A DNA stretch of 64,000 nucleotides, taken from NCBI GenBank assembly GCA_951406725.2, contig OX597817.1, positions 31,558,001 to 31,622,000 on the forward strand, in the 5' to 3' direction. The first letter of the stretch is position 1. The number at the start of each line of letters is the position of its first letter. The DNA comes from Octopus vulgaris. Lineage: Eukaryota. The position numbers and the translations under genes were made by a program. This document shows, in pieces, positions 41,072 through 53,754 of the stretch. The notes under the pieces were generated by a model that saw nothing but the letters and a program-made list of their open reading frames with translations, had not been told where the DNA came from and ran no database searches.

Positions 41072-41840
41072 CGTGTTCTGATCAATAAGTATCCGGACTG
41101 TTGGCATAGTAACGAAGCTAAAGCACGCAGAGTGAAACCGCTTAGCACAGATTGCCCTTGACCACGACAAAAGTCGAGCAGAGAATCTGCATCAAATTTT
41201 GTTAAAAGCCTGGTAATACCTGCTCAGAGGCCTACGCAAAGCTTTCATCATTCTCCACACAATCAAGGGGATTTTGTGCAGCTGAAACCCGAGTATCTTT
41301 TTGGTCAGCTGAAAGCAGTTTTGACACAAACTTGGCAGACATGTATCTTATACCCAAATCTTCAGTGATAATGGACTGAACTGAACCGTAACTAATCTTG
41401 CACATCTTTTGATAACTCACGGATGGTGATTCGACGATTTCCCCTCAAAGCTGCACGCACATGTGATGTTTTTCTCAGTTCTCTATCGCAGGTCTCCCGA
41501 ACGTTCGTTAATATCGACATTTACGGCCATCTTGGAAATGTTTGAACCATTCGTACGCTTGTATGCGGTTCATAAACTCCTCTCCATACACTTTCTGCAG
41601 CTTTGCTTCGACCTCTGAGCACGCCATGACGACTTTCTCTGTTATGGTCAATGCGACGATCACACGCTACACACCTTCCTTCCAAGCACTGCTGTAAACA
41701 GCGGAAGTGAGCTAAAACATTAAAACTTAGTGTGCATGCACAGCTGCACGCACCTATCAATCTTTGCCAAGCGGTATTACTTTGCAGGCTTTAGCTTCGT
41801 TACTATGGCAACAGTCTGGATACTTGTTGATCATACCTTG
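41072..41840 (-). mobile_element. Rearranged mariner element (~85-bp TIRs; transposase 5' fragments on both strands)
   Basis: TIR ...tgatcaa(t/c)aagtatcc(g/a)gactgttg(g/c)catagtaacgaagctaaagc; minus LQKVYGEEFMNRIQAYEWFKHFQDGR and ISYGSVQSIITEDLGIRYMSAKFVSKLLS; plus VEQRICIKFC. Confidence 0.9.
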
Positions 41841-41860
41841 TATGTGTATATATATGTATA

Positions 41861-41926
<66 letters not shown>

Positions 41927-42196
41927 TAGTTGAATGAATTATCTTAGTAAGGATAATCCGGTTAACCGATACCATTATGGCTATGGGCTCCGTGTTGGCA
42001 GTCATCTAAGAACTTTTGTTCATCTTGATGCTGACATAGGTTCCTTGTTTTTCCTGATGAGAAGGCGGCATAATGCACCCCTTATTCCGTCGAAATTAGG
42101 AATATGCAGCTTTCGAAACATATGTCGAGAATAAAGGAATTTTTTTAAATCGTCGTTCAACTCCATTCTTTCATTTATATATATATATATATATAT

Positions 42197-43470
42197 GATT
42201 GATTGATTGATTGATTGATTCTAGTTTCAGCTTATGAGCTGTGGCCATGCTGGGGCACCGCCATTTGGTGTTGCTACTTGGTTTCACTTCATGGAGGCTT
42301 TCTAGCAACTGCTATTTGGTGCATGAGAGAGTTCGATGCAGCTGCCCTCATCTGCCCCTCCTGCCGTGAAGTTGGTTCATCTGGGACACCTGACAGGAAG
42401 AGATCCAGCTTCATTTTAAAGACATCTGTTAACTATATATTTGTTTTTTTCTCTGTCTCTTGTATAAGTGAGTGTATGTATATATATATATATATATGTG
42501 TGGGTGTGTGCATGTAACTATATATATATATATAATCAGGTGATATTTATAATGGATGTCATGTATACGTATTATAATATATATGTTCAGGACACTTCCC
42601 TCCAGGATCTTCCAGATGTATATTATGGCATATCTTTCCCGCCTACGCTCCAGGGAATATAATTTTAATCTCTTGAGTCTTTCCCAGTAGCTTACATTCT
42701 GCATAGAGGCTATCTTATTTGTGTAGCTTCGTTGGATCGCCTCAAGTTCTGTGATCAACTTGACACTGGATGGTGACCATAGCTGAGAGCAATAGTCAAA
42801 GTGGCTTAGGACAAGTGTCTTCCAGAGGACCATCATGGTTTCTTGTTCTCTTGTTCTAAAGGTTCTAAGAATCCATCCAGCCAGCCGTCTACATTTCATT
42901 GTCAGTTTAGCAACATGTACATGAAAGGTCGCGTCATCACTCATGTGAATACCCAGGTCACGCACTGATTGTGCCTCTGGGATTGCAATCCCTCCGGGTC
43001 CAGTGTATTCATTGGGTATTGCATTCAGTTTTGCATGCTGATAGTATAAAGCTTGAAACTTTCCAGCATTGAACTGCATGCTATTCTTTTCAGCCCACTT
43101 GTATATTTCGTCCAGCTCACATTGCAGGTGTTTAGTGTCCTCAGGGTTCTGTATTGCCTGTGAGACTTTTGTATCATCTGCATAACTTGTGATCGTGGCT
43201 CTCTGCGTGGCTGAGGGCATGTCTGAGAGGGCCATTATGAACAGTAGTGGTCCCAGAACAGTGCCCTGTGGAACACCGCTCACTATTTGTGTGTTAATGG
43301 AGGTGGCCCCATTGGCTACTACCACCTGACTTCTATCCTTCAGAAAGTCATGAAGCCATTCTCCCAGTTTTCCAACTATGTTGAGATCACGCAGTTTGTG
43401 ACATATCATTCCATGATCGACTTTATCAAAGGCCTTTGCAAAGTCGAGATATATCACTTCCACATTGAGT
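42197..43470 (-). mobile_element. 5'-truncated CR1-group LINE with (AATC)n tail, interrupted at 42427-42587
   Basis: RT region at 42588-43463 plus C-terminus DVFKMKLDLFLSGVPDEP...RAAASNSL and 3' UTR at 42197-42426. Confidence 0.9.
42588..43463 (-). pseudogene. LINE ORF2 reverse transcriptase fragment (open frame, truncated)
   Basis: YLDFAKAFDKVDH, SGVPQGTVLGPLLF, YADDTK, RDLG and LYSLERRRER motifs; the ORF-track tail after KILEG is non-LINE filler. Confidence 0.92.
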
Positions 43471-44061
43471 GTCGATTGTTGAACCTTTCTGCTCGTTTCA
43501 TGAACCGCTGATGATGGCGTATAAAGTGATTTCTATACCGTAGTATGTATATATATACACACATACATGTATATATATGTATTATATACATATACAATGA
43601 TATATATTACATAAATATCCTGTGTGTATTCTATACACACATACATATAAGGTAGAAAATTAGCAAATGTTCATATTATTCAATAATCATGCAATACAAC
43701 AGTTGTTCATCTTCACACGTGTTTGCTGAAACATAAGAGCCGAAAAGATGTCAGTTAGCGAAGAATATGAAACCTAGAAAACAAGACCTGTTCACGAACT
43801 TTCCCAGAGCATATATATATAATCAGCAGGGATATCTTACCGGTAGCTTATATTTGCCAAACTTCAGAAAAGTGTAGGTGACACAAATACCTAAGTAGAT
43901 TGCCGAACCGACTAGATAGATAATGAGCAAACAACTATGCACACTATAGCTGTTGCTACTGTTACACAACACTTGGAATAGAATTCACTACGGTATAGAA
44001 ATCACTTTATACGCCATCATCAGCGGTTCATGAAACGAGCAGAAAGGTTCAACAATCGACA
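43470..44061. repeat. Perfect 75-bp inverted repeat (43470-43544 and 43987-44061)
   Basis: Base-by-base reverse complement identity. Confidence 0.95.
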
Positions 44062-46254
44062 ATGTTTCTTATCTAAGTATATTTCTAAACGTTTGCTTCG
44101 CACTCCAGTCAATAACTCTTTTGTAACCTCAGAAAATCTAGTCCATCATTTATATTCTGTTAAAATTTAACCATGTTTATTTAATTTCTTTTTTGCCTTT
44201 ATAAAATTCCTTGTTTTGAAAAGGGGTCCGTCGAACGCTACTATTTCTAAATAACCGGTAAACCAAACCGCTGTTGAATAGTAACTCCGTTGAAACGGCT
44301 TAGAAAATAACTAAGGATAAATTAGGTCTTGAATTTCGTAGCTAACCAGCCTGATCGAGCAGAGATAGGGAAAAGGTTGTGAAACAAGAGTATACCTCGT
44401 GAGTGTATATGGAAAAACACATCCATATATATGTATTTGTGTAACAGATACACTAGAGCCGCGCGCTGCCTGACAACTCATTAAACCACAAGTTGAATAA
44501 ACCGTTAGACGAAACCTAATGGCCCCGGTTTATATGAGTTTTACAATAAATTTGATTCACTACTACATTCACTCCCACAACAGTAAATGCTCCGTAGTTT
44601 TTATACCACTAACCTTAATTAAAGGTCTATCAGCAAGCAAGCGTGCATAGTTCCATATATATGTATTTGTGTGTTCGTTCGTAACTACAAGGCTTGCAAA
44701 TGCAGAATAAAATGCCCGGTACTTCACAAGTAATAATGTTAGATATTTTATTTGGTGGCTACTTACCTGGTCACCAAATAAGTGTGTGTGTGCATCAGTT
44801 ACTTGAATCTATATATAAATTTATGCCCGCTTGTCCCCAGAGGGAAGTATCATACAGAAAGATAAGGAACATTCAATTTAACTCTTGTTCCTACGGCTAT
44901 AAAATAACTGGAATTCTGTACTCTTTGGTCATTCGATCCCAGTTTTCTATGGTACTTAATGAGAAACGGATTTCTCTGCTTTCCTGCATAAAGCGTTTTT
45001 GAGGGGAGAGGAAGCACCCCCTTCTTTCTCTCCTGCTTATGTGCATATTTGTACGCGTGCAAGAAAAAAAAAAGACTTGCATTTAAATACCCATATATAT
45101 GTTACACACGTAAATGCGAGCATTGCAGTAATAAAAGCCAGAACATTCACAAATGCCATTTACTTAGTTTGTTGCAGTAACAGTTGTTTTAGTTCTATCT
45201 CAGTAAGATCCGATCGAACCGACCTATGATCAGACATTCCAACCACCTGAAATGTCTATTACGAATTTCTTCGTTTTCTTTTTTTATCTGAGAATACAAT
45301 GTCTGTGCCCTTCCTCTTTTGAAGAAGCTGGATAGTGATTTGAAGGAGATATGATCGCTAGTTCTAGCAGTTTGTGGTGACCCCATAGAAGTTTCTTGGT
45401 AATAATTGTTTCAAATTTTGGCACAAAGCCAGCAATTTTAGTGAGTGTGGGTAAATTTATTACATCGGTCCCCAGGGGTGAAAGGCAAAATCGACCTCAG
45501 TCGCATTTGAACTCAGAACATAAAGAGCCGGGGGTAAAAGAATGCCAGTAGGTAATTCGCCCGATTTTCTAACAATTCTGTCAGCTCACCACTCTAAGGA
45601 TTCTTAGTAAAAAATACTTGTATATTTTGACAATAGTATTTCATATATCATGATCATCATCTTTACCAGCTGTTATCAGAAGGCAACTGTTTTATTTTCG
45701 AGCCTTTTCCCATTAAATACAATCACTATATTTAACAAGCTGTCAACAATAGCATGTGATGTAGACATTTTACATATGTTCCACGTCTCTGACGCAACAG
45801 AGCCAAAAGTTGCTGTTATTACACGCATCATTATTAGTTGAGCAGGTTGGAGACAAATATTAAAGAGGTGATGATTATATTTTTGTTTTATCAAAATAAC
45901 ACTGGAACACACGTTTTTTTTTTTTAAACTTTCGTTTGTATGACTGATCTCTGGATCCTTAAAATAACCCCAAAGACTATTTTGATTAGAGTTGGAATCA
46001 TGACCCCGATACATAGCTATCAAATGGGAGCGGTTGCAAGGCGCCGAATCTCAAATATTCCAACAGCTGAACTTTGCTTAGTCGCGAAAATCACTACTGA
46101 AGAAAAAGCTGAGATCTAAATATACTTAAAAGGGATACTGGAAAATTATCAACTAGACTTAGTATCTCTCTCCCTCTTTTTCTTCCTATCTCGCTCTCCC
46201 TCTAATAATGCAAATAATTATTTCAAATTTATGCCACAAGGGCAGCTTGGAATG

Positions 46255-46601
46255 CGTTGATTACATCGGCCCCAGCGTTCTACTGGTACTTATTTTATCG
46301 ACCCCGAAAGGATGAAAGTCGACTGCAGCGGAATTTGAACTCAGAACGTAGCGACAGGCAAAATACCTGTTTCTTTACTACCCACAAGGGGGCTAAACAC
46401 AGAGAGGACAAACAAGGACAGACAAACGGATTAAGTCGATTATATCGACCCCAGTGCGTAACTGGTACTTAATTTATCGACCCCGAAAGGATGAAAGGCA
46501 AAGTCGACCTCGGCGGAATTTGAACTCAGAACGTAACGGCAGACGAAATACGGCTACGCATTTCGCCCGGCGTGCTACCGTTTCTGCCAGCTCGCCGCCT
46601 T
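46255..46601 (-). mobile_element. SINE family B, full unit plus partial second body
   Basis: Full copy at 46366-46601 followed on the minus strand by a headless repeat. Confidence 0.85.
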
Positions 46602-46905
46602 TCTCATAAAACAAATAAATAATAAATATTAAACATGGCAGTAAGGTTAAGAAGCTCCCTTTGCAGACATGTAGTTTCGGATTCAGTCTCATGCTATGGC
46701 TCCGGCCTGACCAATAATAAGCGGTAGCTGTGTAGAACCTCACCATATGTGTTTTTGACACCCCTTCACGATCGGTGTTGGGTTGTTACTGGCAAAACAG
46801 AATAAGACTGATAAAATTCAGCACCAGACTTTATTCAACTTAGACCCTTCAAGGCCGTGTCTAACATGAGAGCAGTTCAGTGACTGAAACAAGTTAAGAC
46901 GCCCA

Positions 46906-46958
<53 letters not shown>

Positions 46959-47830
46959 GTGTAGTGTGTAGTGTTGCCGAACTGCGTTATTTGTTAGTTC
47001 TTTGGCATGTTTGTTTAAATGTAATCATGTCACCACTGACTGAGTTACATTATTTTCAAAGTATTAGTAAATTCCTTTATATCCTAAAACATAAGCTAAA
47101 TGTGTGGGAGAAAATTCCAACAGCCCCTATGTGAATTTGATCTCCCTACCACAGCCGCTGATGCTTGTGTGTGTAATTCACGTATAAAATGCTGGTGGTG
47201 GTGGGATAAACGGGATTATTTCCTCAACCCTCAAATATTAAAAGACATAATGTTTTTGCAGTAGTCAAATGTCCTCATCGGAGAACCTAAAATATCGAAA
47301 TGAAATACATCCTTAGGCTATTCAAAGGCGCTGAGCGTTTTTAATTGGTTAAAGGATTGTGGACATAGTTGATCAGGTGATTTCCTATTGACTGGTATTT
47401 GCTTTTAGAGTTTTGCTTTTAGAGTTATCATGTGGATTGTCAGTGACGTAGGCTCTGTTTGTCAGATATTAAAGGTGGTTCTGATAACGGCTTAGTCACA
47501 CTGATGGCAATTTGTAGACGAATTCCTTGTTTTTGACACATATCAGCAGGCGGTTAGTAGTGCTGGTTATGACGCCCAGACATGCGCCGGCAGGTGGTTC
47601 TGCATTAGTGTTAATCATATAGTTTGTCATGCAGCAGAGTTAGACATGTGATTGTTTATGTGGCTGGTTGCACTGTTAGTGAAGTCTATATTTTTATATC
47701 AGCAATCCAGAAAATGAAGCGATTTAAAATTAGTTGCAAGAATAGATGAACTCAGTTTTGGTTTAGGAATCGGGGGTTTAGGATGATGGGAGCTTCTTTC
47801 TAAGGGGGAGATATCAAACCTTGGATCTCT

Positions 47831-47915
<85 letters not shown>

Positions 47916-48255
47916 ATTCTCTGTCAATAATATCCACGTATTGTGTTTATTCCTGGATCCTTTGATTGCAAAATGTGTTCGAACAGTGCCATAGATTTTT
48001 TCCAAATAGCAAAGTACTAACGGTTTTTAACTTTTACTGCTAGCCCTGTTTAGTAGTTTGACACGCTGTTAGAAGATATGTTAGCGTGCTACACTGTTTT
48101 TTCAAAATATTTACCTTTACGTGTTGGTTCTTTCTCTGTTAGTGCTGCTGTGTGATATTTGCATAATGATTCTCTACAGTGCTTTATTGAATGTAGCTTT
48201 ATCTGAGGTTAAAGATGACAAGCAATATTGTCTTGTTGATGCAGTTGGGTATTCG

Positions 48256-48593
48256 GAGACCCCCTTCGGTCACGACACAGACCATGGGATTGCACCTAGA
48301 AAGTTACCCTCCTAGACACAAGTCCGGGCGAGGTTGTCTATGGAAGACCAGCAGTCGCCCATGCATACCAACCTCCCCTCTCCACGCCACCAGTGTTATC
48401 CAAGGGAAAAACAAAGGTCGATACAGCTTGGCACCAGAGACGTCGCAACTCATTTCTACAGCTGAGTGAACTGGAGCAACGTGAAATAAAGTGCCTTGCT
48501 CAAGAACACAACACGCAGCCCAGTCCGGGATTCGAGCTCACAACCTCACGATCGTAAGCTCGACGCTCTAACCACTGAGCCATGCGCCTTCAC
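48256..48593 (-). mobile_element. SINE family C
   Basis: Homologous to 33078-33414; gttgggtat repeated in both flanks. Confidence 0.9.
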
Positions 48594-49882
48594 TTGTTGG
48601 GTATATGCCTACGGTTAAATGGGAGGTTTGATTCTGCATCGTTGTTCAATGGCTGTGGTGTGCATATATGTGTCATACAAACCCATTATGAGAGCTGAAT
48701 AGATAGAAAGAGCCAGAAACAAGTTGGTAATATTCTAGTATACTTTCTAAATGTATTAAACATTGACATTTTTTGTCATTTGTAAGAAGTTGGCGAAGAA
48801 AATCTAGGCTTTCTGGAAAAGAAATTCGCGATAGGCTAGTATCCTTTCTTAGGAGATATTTATCCTGCCTCATTATACATACCCGGGTGGCGAATTAACC
48901 TCATGGACTTTTAAAATGACTTAGTTCCAATAGGAATGCAGTGCCCATGACTTTGCAAAGAGCCTCCGAGATAGGAGGGGAAAGGGAGAAAGAAGCTACA
49001 GATGCGACACCTAGTCTGAATGCTTTGGATCCTACTAAGCTTCCCCAAGGACTAGAAGAGCTCTCCTCTCTCCCTCCTTTTCCCTGTCTTATACAGTGCA
49101 TCCGAAGAAGAATGGATTAATGTGTTGATTCATAGGCAGCGTGAAACTACTGACTGAATATGAGTGCTTGGGTTTTTCGACCAAACGCAGACCAAGAGAC
49201 ACGGATATGAGATGAGTTGTAAAAAGAGAGCTCTTCTGTATATTGGTGACTTCCATGCTAATATACATAAACAATATTTAAATTGTTCTACTTACGCAGA
49301 AGCTTTATGATTTACCAAGGCTTTTTTATTACCCACCTATCTCGGAGGCTCTTTGCCTGTAATATATTAGTTTCATCTCTGTATATTTTAATTTCAAATT
49401 AAGCTGAGGTCAATTAGCATTTATAAAACGTATCAAATTTACACCTACGTTTACACATGTCTGTTTGAGATGTACCACAATAAGAACACCTAGACTGAGG
49501 AAATGGTCAGGACAGTAGAACGTCGGAACAGATACTTTAGAATCTCTTGGAAATTAATTCACAGTTCATCTTACTTATGTTTGTAAAATAAATACCAGCA
49601 AAATACTGGAGATAATTCAATCGATTACAGATATCCACCACAAATTAATTTTTATTGGATATATAATAGGATTTCTTCCAAGTAGCAAAGGGCTAACGAT
49701 TTTTAGGAAATTCTTATCCATTTGCTTCATTCCCTTTAGCTTCTCATAAGCACATACACTCGTATGATAACAACCAATGAAGCTTTGTTCTTATTATCTT
49801 TCCCAGATATCCAACCCATACTGTTAAACTTTACGCCCAGATAACATTGTATTATCAAGTCGGCTCCAGGATGAGTTATCAA

Positions 49883-49944
<62 letters not shown>

Positions 49945-50619
49945 CTTACGTTCACCATAAGACAAGACTAACATCTACAACATAAGAAGCAAGAGAAATA
50001 AGCAACACTATCATTGCAAACAATCATCGTCTTTAAATTTAGATTAGCTCTAAAAGATTCCGTCACTTCAAAAATGTATACATATTAAAACAACAATTTT
50101 GGTTCATAACAACTGATAACAGTTATAAAAACATATAATGTTAGTAGACCTTTTATTATCGACAAACATTTAAGAAATATGCAGAGTATAGTCAAGTGAA
50201 TCCATTATACTGTACATGACTAATTCTTATTTTCTGAGTCCAGAGAGATGAGAGGCAGCTGGATTGGAACTTCAAATGTCAAAAAGTAAAACTAATTATT
50301 AAAGGAATTTAGACAGCCTCTCAATCTATTTTTATCATTACTGTTTTAATGAGAATAATTACCAATTCCAACAAGGTCGCTACTTGTGCGTTTGTTTTCC
50401 AATCTTGTATTCAGAATAACTACAAAGGCAAAACACGAGTTTATAAAGTGAGTGTTAGAGATTGCTTGACCAGAAAGGAAAATGTTCGTCGCAGTTGTAA
50501 AAATATATTTGCAGTAGTATCAGCTTCAGTATGTGCCTGCATGTCATCGGTGACGGCATCTCGAAACCAACACTGAATGGGAGTTGGCATCAGATCGATT
50601 CCCTGACCAACGGAACCTG

Positions 50620-50800
50620 TTCCTTCACCTTGCTTGCGATCTCTTCCTAGTCCCTATCAACTTGGCGATCCCATTCGAAACACACCCTCAGCATCTTAAT
50701 TGGGCCTTCGTTTTTTATCGAGACAAATTGCCTCTAGCCGACATCGACTTGCATCATGGCTCACTCGTCGGGTAGTGTTCTCATCCTGCTGCCAGCTGCA
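50620..50800 (-). pseudogene. Degraded fragment, probably Tx1/L1-clade LINE ORF2 (RT thumb)
   Basis: EGPIKMLRVCFEWDRQVDRD*EEIASKV resembles the K.LGV.F...NW..V..KV pattern; short and interrupted. Confidence 0.4.
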
Positions 50801-50897
50801 ATGAGCAGTTACCAAGAAAGGCAAATAAGTTTTAAATGTTTATATTAGTACGGTTATAAGATGAATTTGTACGAGAGATTTAGTTAAAATAATCAAA

Positions 50898-51057
50898 CGC
50901 AGGAGTGGCTGTGTGGTAAGTAGTTTGCTTACCAACCACATGGTTCCGGGTTCAGTCCCACTGCGTGGCATCTTGGGCAAATGTCTTCTACTATAGCCTC
51001 GGGCCAACCAAAGTCATGTGAGTGGATTTGGTAGATGGAAACTGAAAGAAGCCTGTC

Positions 51058-51107
<50 letters not shown>

Positions 51108-51330
51108 ATGTGTGTGTGTGTGTGTGTGTGTTTGTCCCCCTAGCATTGCTTGGCAACCGATGCTGGTGTGTTTATGTCCCCGTTACCTAGCGGTTCCGCA
51201 AAAGAGACCGATAGAATAAGTACTGGGCTTACAAAAGAATAAGTCCTGGGGTCGAGTTGCTCGATTAAAGGCGGTGCTCCAGCATGGCCGCAGTTAAATG
51301 ACTGAAACAAATAAAAGAGTAAAAGAGTAA
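50898..51330 (+). mobile_element. SINE family A, full length
   Basis: Homology to 3515-3920. Confidence 0.9.
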
Positions 51331-51728
51331 ACCCAATTATCTAGCATTAATGATTTTGAACATGGCGATTTTATATTGATCCCAGAAGAATAAAAAAATA
51401 AAACGGTTGGGGCGATTTGAACTCACATAATCGAATAAGTTTGTGTATACGCGTGTGTACACGCACTCAACGTACACCTATAGTTTTACCCATCCGCCTA
51501 CTCATTCTCAAGTTATGTCAGTTATAACTCTCCGGGGAGCCTGCTAACTTAAGTCTAAAGTTCCTGTTTGACAACAAACCGGGAAATGAAACTAAATACA
51601 GAAATTTCCGTGTGAAAAACCGTCGATTTTACAACTTGCCTATCTCAAAGTTTACCGACTTCTCCAAAATAAAAACGAACGTGTTAACTCTCTTCTCTGA
51701 TACAAATTAGGAAAAACAAATCTAGCAA

Positions 51729-52295
51729 CTTTCTCTCCCTCCATCTCACTCTCTCCCTCCATCTCACTCTCTCTCTCCCCTCCCTCTCCCTTCTCTCACT
51801 CATCTCCTCTCGCTCTGTCCCTTCCTCTTTTCTCTCTCTTCCTCCCCTCTCGCTCACTTCTTCCCCTCTCGCCCTCCTCCCTCCCTTCTTGCTCCACCCC
51901 CTCCCTCGCTCTCCCCCTCTCGCCCTCTTCCTCTCGCCCTCTCTTCCTCTCGCCCTCTCTTCCTCTCGCTTTCTCCCCCTCTCGCCCTCTTTCTCCCCTC
52001 CACTCTCTCTCCCTTTTCGCTCTCTCTCTTCCTCCCCTCTTTCGCCCTCTCCCTTGTCTCTTTCTCTTCTTCCCCTCTCGCTCACTTCTTCCCTCTCGCC
52101 ATCCTCCCTCCCCTCTTGCTCCACCCCTCCCTCGCTCTCCCCCGCTCGCTCTCTCTTCCTCTCGCTCGCTCTCGCTCTCTCCCCCTCTCTTCCTCCCCTC
52201 CACTCTCTCTCCCTTTTCGCTCTCTCTCTCTCTTCCTCCCCCTCTTTCGCCCTCTCCCTTTTCTCTTTCTCTTCTTCCCCCCTCTCTTTTTCCTT
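51729..52295. repeat. Polypyrimidine/polypurine low-complexity tract with internal duplications
   Basis: Almost exclusively C/T on the plus strand; explains the ER/SL-rich ORFs. Confidence 0.95.
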
Positions 52296-52756
52296 ATCTA
52301 TCTACGATAAAACAGAATCCAAAGTGTCTGTTGTTAATCTACGTCGGCAAGACTTGTATTATTCAGAAAAAATCGACACTGTACTCTTTTTGTCGATCTA
52401 TCTCTCTATCTTGCGACGGCTCGTGGCTTGGTATTTTAAGCGTTTCGGCTCGTGATCACAAGATCGTGGTTTTAATTCCCATGTTTTGTTTTTGTTCTTA
52501 TACTTTGGGTGATAATGTTATGGTTTATTGAGATGAGAGGAGAACAATTATATAAGCAATCAAAGAACAATTAATATAGCTTGCTTTCATACAGAAACAA
52601 CAAAAATTGACCTATGTACTCCTGTCTGAGATGGAGGAAAAGTGTACAACCAGGTATCAGTATTTTAACGCAATATTTTATACTGCAGCATCTCATGAAT
52701 ACTGTTTTTTTTCTCTCTTCTTTCCTCCTATCAGATCTCATATGTCGGATAAAAAG

Positions 52757-53168
52757 TCGAGCTGGCAGAAACGTTTGCACGTCGGGCGAAACGCTTAGCA
52801 GTATTTCGTCTGCCGTTACGTTCTGAGTTCAAATTCCGCCGAGGTCGACTTTGCCTTTCATCCTTTCGGGGTCGATTAAATAAGTACCAGTTACGCACTG
52901 GGGTCGACGTAATCGACTTAATCCCGTTTGTCTGTCCTTGTTTGTCCTCTCTGTGTTTAGCCCCTTGTGGGTAGAAAGAAATAGGTATTTCGTCTGTCGC
53001 TACGTTCTGAGTTCAAATTCCGCCGAGGTCGACTTTGTCTTTCATCGTTTCGGGGTCGATAAATTAAGTACCAGTTACGCACTGGGGTCGATATAATCGA
53101 CTTAATCCGTTTGTCTGTCCTTGTTTGTCCCCTCTGTGTTTAGCCCCTTAAGGGCAATAAAGAAATAA
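52757..53168 (+). mobile_element. SINE family B head plus two tandem bodies
   Basis: Second body starts at the junction gaaataggtatttcgtctg (~52980). Confidence 0.9.
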
Positions 53169-53754
53169 AAAAGAAATAAAATGTTGAAAGCTTTGTCTGA
53201 GTGGATCTCGCTAAAAGCAACCCGGGGCTAGGTTGTGGCGTTAAACCCCGAAGCAGTTTAGATCTACCACCCGAGAATTTGGCGTATGTATATTTGTTTC
53301 TAATCATTGAGTGACACATAATGCACATTTTTCAGGCATCTTAGGTTCGTTGATACAAATAGGAAAAGCAGAGGTTTTTCTTTCTTTCTTCTTCTTCAGC
53401 TTAGATATTCGCATAATCCAATGGTTTTACAAAAATATTAAACTTTAAGCCCAGAAAAGCAACGACAGACTCATATTCCATTTTATTTGTTTAGTTTTTT
53501 TAGTTGTTTTTCTGTGTTTGTTTTTCCAACAACTTGAATTCACAACTACAAGCTCTGTCTATCATTAAGCATTTCAGTTTATATCTACTAATCCTAATTA
53601 TATTTAAATTTATTTCTTGCAGTAATTACGATAACTATCGAGTTCTAATAACAATTAGAGAGAATATTTCTGATTCCAGAATAATCGACCAGTAAGCACA
53701 ACATTTACGCTATTTTATAATAATTAAATCAATCAATCTTTTAAATTTTGGTTA

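Noticed and set aside
43505-43545. CTGATGA in the 75-bp inverted repeat as a hammerhead
   Set aside because: I could not find a correctly placed GAAA box with pairing stems I and III.
51684-52455. ER/RG/SL-rich ORFs of 135-188 aa
   Set aside because: Stop-free frames are caused by the polypurine/polypyrimidine tract.
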